From Candidatus Latescibacterota bacterium (GTDB taxonomy: Bacteria > Latescibacterota > UBA2968 > UBA8231), in the NCBI GenBank assembly GCA_965204725.1, contig OZ242005.1, positions 5,216,001 to 5,280,000 of the forward strand: DNA of 64,000 bases. The letters run 5' to 3'. Made by a program: the position numbers and the translations under genes. The notes beneath the pieces were generated by a model. That model did no database searches. It was given only the letters and a program-made list of their open reading frames with translations, and had not been told where the DNA came from. This document shows, piece after piece, positions 59,733 to 64,000 of the stretch; positions within the stretch are counted from its first letter, which is position 1, and each line of letters starts with the position of its first letter.

Positions 59733-62700
59733 AGCGCACCAACCACCCGTCCCAAAACGGACTCAACTTGGTACGCCCCGTCCCTTTTTTCCAAGCATCC
59801 CAAGCGGTACAAAAGCTCCACCGCCGCCTTGCAGTCCTCCAGCGAGAGCGGCGGGTCGCCTTTAACAAACTCGACCAGATCCGCTAAGTCCTCTTCGGCG
59901 ACCTTCGATTTGTACTCCACCAACGTCTGTAAGACTCGGAAAGGCTCCTCCTCCTCTAAAGAAGAGAAGCCAATCTGCTGTACCAACTTGAAGCCTAACT
60001 CCGACTTAGGAAGGTCCATCTCCTCGCCGAGCGTTTTCACGCAATCCCTAGGGTCGTTGTGGTCGCCGCACCGGCGCAAAAGTTCGTCTAGCAACAAAGA
60101 CCATCCCCCGGTCGCTTGCAGGACCGCCCCGCAACACTCGGGCAAATCCAGTTTCCCCGCTTGGTCCAACCGCTGCCGAATTCCCTCTTCATCCCAGCGT
60201 CGCAGAAAAATCAGGTCCACTTGGTCTTCCAAAGCGGTGCATTTAGGAGACTTCAGCCAAGCCCAAGAAGTGGCCGGCTCAAAAAGAAAAACCACCTGTC
60301 GAGGCCGTTGGCGTTTTTTGTTGTGGCTATTCAGGACGAGCCAAACAAATTGGGCCATATTGCCCCCAGTGCCGCGGACCAGACGATAGAACAACGGCTG
60401 CTGTCTGCGGGCGGACGCATCCAACCACGCGACATCCTGATTCGGCCATTCCATGCCACCCATGCGCTTTAAGGCTTGTTTTAATACCTCCAGCCCTAGG
60501 GCTTGGGAGCCAAAAATTAGGCTCACCCCCGATTGTTCGGCTTGCAGCAAACGGCCTTCCTGCACCAGCGTCAAGGGGCTGTACAGGCGTTTTGAGGCAT
60601 TCAATAATATATGCTGGCTATGGGGTATCGATTGGAGCGGCTGAAATGTATCGAGCTCCAGCAGGCGGTTCTCGATGTCCTCTTCAGTGCCCATCAGGCG
60701 GACCAAATTGGGGCTACGCAGCGAGTACTTGTTTTCTGAGTTGCACAACAAGATGCCTAAGCCGACCATTTCGCCGAGCAACCCCCGCAGGGCTTCGAGG
60801 TCAAGGTCGTTGAAGCCTTGCGGGCACCACTCTCGGGCCAATTTTTGCAGCTCGGCCACGCTAAACGACCGAGTATAGCTGTCCGGGGTCTCTTTTTGTT
60901 CGTGAATCATGGCCCAAGCAATGCACTGATAGCGGGAATCGAGCGCGAGCGTCCAATCGAGCCGTTCGCGGATGACCTCCCGCGTTTGCGGCAAGCGATA
61001 TACCGCATCTACATCGTCGAGTTGCACTTTATAGGGAGGGCTGTGCATTTGGTTTTGGGCTTGGAGGCGATGCAGCAGTTCTCGACAGAAATACTGAATC
61101 AAGCCCGGATGGTAGTTGGTGTACGACAGGACTTTGAGCACCGTAGTTTCGTCGGCAAAGCGATAGCCCAACGTCTTCAGGGGCTCGCGCACCAACTCCC
61201 GAGCCGGACGAGCTTCGAGGGGGCCGACCAGTAGGTTGTGGCCGAAATGGGCGAGGGGCTGATTGGCGATGTTCTTGAACCGCTGGACATCGTGCAGCCC
61301 GGCAAACACCACTCTGAAGCGCGACTTCGTGTCTTGGATCAAGGTTCGCAAGCGGTCGACTTCTGGGAAACCCTTTTTGGCATCGGCGTCGAGAAAGCGA
61401 TCGGCTTCGTCGAACAAGACCAGAACCTGCCGCTGCGGCGACTCCGCCATCGATCGCTCAATGCGTTTGATGATGTTGTCGGGTTGGTTCGCCGTTACGC
61501 TGCTTTTTATGAGTTGGTGTTTCTTAAAGCCCTCGCGCAACTTGCTCCACAACGAAGCGGGCTGTTCGCCTGTAAGGGGATCGCCCACCAGCTTGATGTC
61601 CTCGACCCAAGCGAATTGATCGCGGTCGGGCTGGTGAAATTCGCGCTCTACTTGGCGCAGCAAGGCGGACTTGCCCAACTGACGCCCGCCGAATGCGATC
61701 GCACCGCCCGCGCTTTGCAACTGCCGCACCATATCGCCGCGGCCATAGAACATCTCGGGCGGGACATTGCCCGCTTGGAACGGCGTGTAGGGATTGAGGG
61801 CCGCGTAGGGCAGGCTACAGCGCAGGAAGGCGGGAAGGCGCGTGTCGTCGAATCGGGCCAAAAATACCAGCAGGACTTCGTCGAGCACCACCAAAGCCAA
61901 GCCGCGTTCCCGCGCTCGCCGAGCTAAAGAGTCCCGGCGGTGCGAGGTCAAGCGTCCGAGGAAAAAAATCAGCACGGTCTTGGTATCCAGCCCCAGATCG
62001 CGCAAGAAAGCTCCGACCGTGTCGGCACCGGGCCGTTCCCACAAACATACCACGTTATACCGGCCATGCGCTTGCGAACCCAACTGCGGAATCGGTCGGG
62101 CCAAGTCGCCCGCCGAGGCTTCCACCGCGCAATAGACCCCATCTTGGCCCTGCTCTTCGACCCGGACCGCTGCCTCTCCTGCCGATACGTGAAAACCCAA
62201 GAACTCCAACAGGACCCGGACGGGCCGGTGGATTTCTTTGTCTCGTTCCGGTTGGCGTTTGAGCCGGTGCCAAACGCGCAGGGCTGCGACGGCCTCGTCT
62301 CGACGCACTCGCGGCAATTCGCCAAACTGTACGCCAGCCCAAGTTTGGCCTTGCTCGATCAACTCGGACAGTTGATCAACCCCCTTGTCGCTAAGCCCGG
62401 ATTCGATGCCGCGACAAGCGTCTTGAAACTCCTCAAAGACATCGCGCGTGTCGGTGGGGGTAAACCACTCGCTCTTCCATTCGCTTTCGCCTTGGGCAAC
62501 TCCCCGCAAGAGGGCCAAACTCTCTTCCACGACCCGGGTATCGCACTGCCGGATCGCCCGGCGAATAAAGGTGTTGGTGGCTTCGAGCCGCTCGGGTGGG
62601 ATGCGCTGCGCTAGGCCGCGCCGCATTTTTCGCCATTGCGCCGCTAACTCTTGTAGGCGGTCGTTGAGCTTTGCTGTCAAATCCCGTTCAATGTTCTCTA

Positions 62701-64000
62701 ATCGCTGGAATAGCGGTTGGATGTGGATGGAATTTTCAGCATCGGGCAATTCGGCATTGAGGCGGTCGCGTTCTTCTTCGGAAAGCAGGCCATCCACGAT
62801 TCCCTGCTCAATGGCCCCTTGCACTTTGGCGACTTGATCCGCGAGCGCTGCTTGGGCCCCTTTGAGATCTTCGTCGAGCCGATTTTCATATTCTCGGCGG
62901 GCCTCATCGCCCTCCAATGCCTCCAACGCATTCAGCGATGCGTCGGTGAAGCGAAAATCCAAGCCTTCAACTCGCAGCGTACAGGCCGCGCGCAGGGAGC
63001 GTTCCTCGGCTAGCGATTGGCACAACGCCTTCGCAATATCGGCTTCGCGGTCCGCTGCGGGATGGCCCTCGTTGGTCAGGGAGGCTTCGGGGATCCACAA
63101 CAAGCGGTGGGCCAAAGCTCCCTCTAGAGAATCGCTTTCCCGCTTCATCCATGCGTCGCCCTCAACATCGGGTTGTTCCTCTATGCCTAGCATCCCTAGT
63201 ACTTGGCCTACGGCCTGGTGCAAGACGCGACCCAAAGCGGCTTCTTCTTGGCGTGGGTCGGCCTGCATGCGGTCGAGTTCAGCCCGGACTCCGGGCAAGG
63301 CCCCCCGGACGCGATCGAGCAGGTCGTTCACGTGCTCGGACCACCAATTTCCCTTGCTGTCGAGGGCCTGCTGCTGCTCAATGAGGGAACACCAGCGGCC
63401 GGCCAGCCCCACGGCCTCTTCGACGCTGCGAACCAACTGATCAATGGGCCGGCCCATGATGGGTTTCGGGCGGCTATGTCCCAACTCTTGGTCCATCTGG
63501 TGGATCAGGGCTACAATCTGCCTGCGCTCCTTAAAATCGCGCATGTGCTGCCGGACCCGATTGACTTCGGCGGCCTTGTTTTCGATTACCGGCGTGAGTA
63601 GGAGGTGTAACGCCCCGTTCTGGCTCACCAAGTGGTGCAACACGCGGGTTGCCCCCTTAAACTTCAACCGGCTGTCCTTATTGGTCGCCAAGAAGCGACG
63701 GGCCTGCCCAACGGTATTTTCAATGATCTCTTTGTGGTTTTTCTCTCCTGTTACTTCCTGCAGATCAGCGTCCTGCAAAGCATGGCCCGCCGCTGCAAAG
63801 GTGCGGACCGCATCGGCTAGCCCACCCAGCGCGGGATTGATTTCATCCCTTTGCGGGAGCCAGCCGATCAAACCCGTGGTCTGCGGGGCAATCAAGCTGG
63901 GGCGCAGGGCCGCGGATAAGCCCAGCCACTGCTCGAAAGGGGTGTTTTGGGGCGCCCACTCTGAGGCAATTTCCAAAACATCTAGGACGAACTTATCGGT
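59729..64000 (-). CDS. Large STAND/AAA+-type ATPase (>1,420 aa, 5' end outside the window)
   Basis: NPY...PPEMFYGR, Walker A GGRQLGKS (61690-61667), Walker B VLFDEAD, VVFAG, NYHP helical motif, wHTH-like LLGEMVGLGIL; frame stays open to the window edge. Confidence 0.85.
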   Translation of the reverse strand, partial: TDKFVLDVLEIASEWAPQNTPFEQWLGLSAALRPSLIAPQTTGLIGWLPQRDEINPALGGLADAVRTFAAAGHALQDADLQEVTGEKNHKEIIENTVGQARRFLATNKDSRLKFKGATRVLHHLVSQNGALHLLLTPVIENKAAEVNRVRQHMRDFKERRQIVALIHQMDQELGHSRPKPIMGRPIDQLVRSVEEAVGLAGRWCSLIEQQQALDSKGNWWSEHVNDLLDRVRGALPGVRAELDRMQADPRQEEAALGRVLHQAVGQVLGMLGIEEQPDVEGDAWMKRESDSLEGALAHRLLWIPEASLTNEGHPAADREADIAKALCQSLAEERSLRAACTLRVEGLDFRFTDASLNALEALEGDEARREYENRLDEDLKGAQAALADQVAKVQGAIEQGIVDGLLSEEERDRLNAELPDAENSIHIQPLFQRLENIERDLTAKLNDRLQELAAQWRKMRRGLAQRIPPERLEATNTFIRRAIRQCDTRVVEESLALLRGVAQGESEWKSEWFTPTDTRDVFEEFQDACRGIESGLSDKGVDQLSELIEQGQTWAGVQFGELPRVRRDEAVAALRVWHRLKRQPERDKEIHRPVRVLLEFLGFHVSAGEAAVRVEEQGQDGVYCAVEASAGDLARPIPQLGSQAHGRYNVVCLWERPGADTVGAFLRDLGLDTKTVLIFFLGRLTSHRRDSLARRARERGLALVVLDEVLLVFLARFDDTRLPAFLRCSLPYAALNPYTPFQAGNVPPEMFYGRGDMVRQLQSAGGAIAFGGRQLGKSALLRQVEREFHQPDRDQFAWVEDIKLVGDPLTGEQPASLWSKLREGFKKHQLIKSSVTANQPDNIIKRIERSMAESPQRQVLVLFDEADRFLDADAKKGFPEVDRLRTLIQDTKSRFRVVFAGLHDVQRFKNIANQPLAHFGHNLLVGPLEARPARELVREPLKTLGYRFADETTVLKVLSYTNYHPGLIQYFCRELLHRLQAQNQMHSPPYKVQLDDVDAVYRLPQTREVIRERLDWTLALDSRYQCIAWAMIHEQKETPDSYTRSFSVAELQKLAREWCPQGFNDLDLEALRGLLGEMVGLGILLCNSENKYSLRSPNLVRLMGTEEDIENRLLELDTFQPLQSIPHSQHILLNASKRLYSPLTLVQEGRLLQAEQSGVSLIFGSQALGLEVLKQALKRMGGMEWPNQDVAWLDASARRQQPLFYRLVRGTGGNMAQFVWLVLNSHNKKRQRPRQVVFLFEPATSWAWLKSPKCTALEDQVDLIFLRRWDEEGIRQRLDQAGKLDLPECCGAVLQATGGWSLLLDELLRRCGDHNDPRDCVKTLGEEMDLPKSELGFKLVQQIGFSSLEEEEPFRVLQTLVEYKSKVAEEDLADLVEFVKGDPPLSLEDCKAAVELLYRLGCLEKRDGAYQVESVLGRVVGAL

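Overview
GC-rich bacterial chromosomal window. The gene content suggests an FCB-group marine organism such as Latescibacterota or Gemmatimonadota, possibly host-associated; this is inference only. Positions 1-38.5 kb are mostly housekeeping: dnaE, a Trm112-like gene, pfkA-pgk-tpiA-secG-tRNA-Leu, comF, an M16 peptidase, tRNA-Met, two outer-membrane proteins (one a visibly low-GC TonB receptor), a contiguous nqrABCDEF-nqrM-atpZIBEFHAGDC cluster, bioFHCDA plus bioB, panB and a Na+/alanine symporter. Positions 38.5-64 kb are accessory. They hold tandem GT-C-like membrane proteins split by a small coiled-coil gene, an aminotransferase and a methyltransferase, and a peptide-type ABC operon with a duplicated substrate-binding gene. 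They also hold orphan catabolic enzymes and a zone of gene debris that includes a UGA-containing, probably selenocysteine, peroxiredoxin-like ORF. The best candidate for an undescribed system is at the right edge. It is a >1,400-aa STAND-type ATPase with one intact and one degenerate NTPase module, translationally coupled to a 431-aa protein with a degenerate NTPase-like domain and a C-terminal HEPN motif (RNDLAH). I interpret this as a putative NLR-like antiviral sensor/RNase-effector pair. No CRISPR array, rRNA, integrase or transposase was seen.
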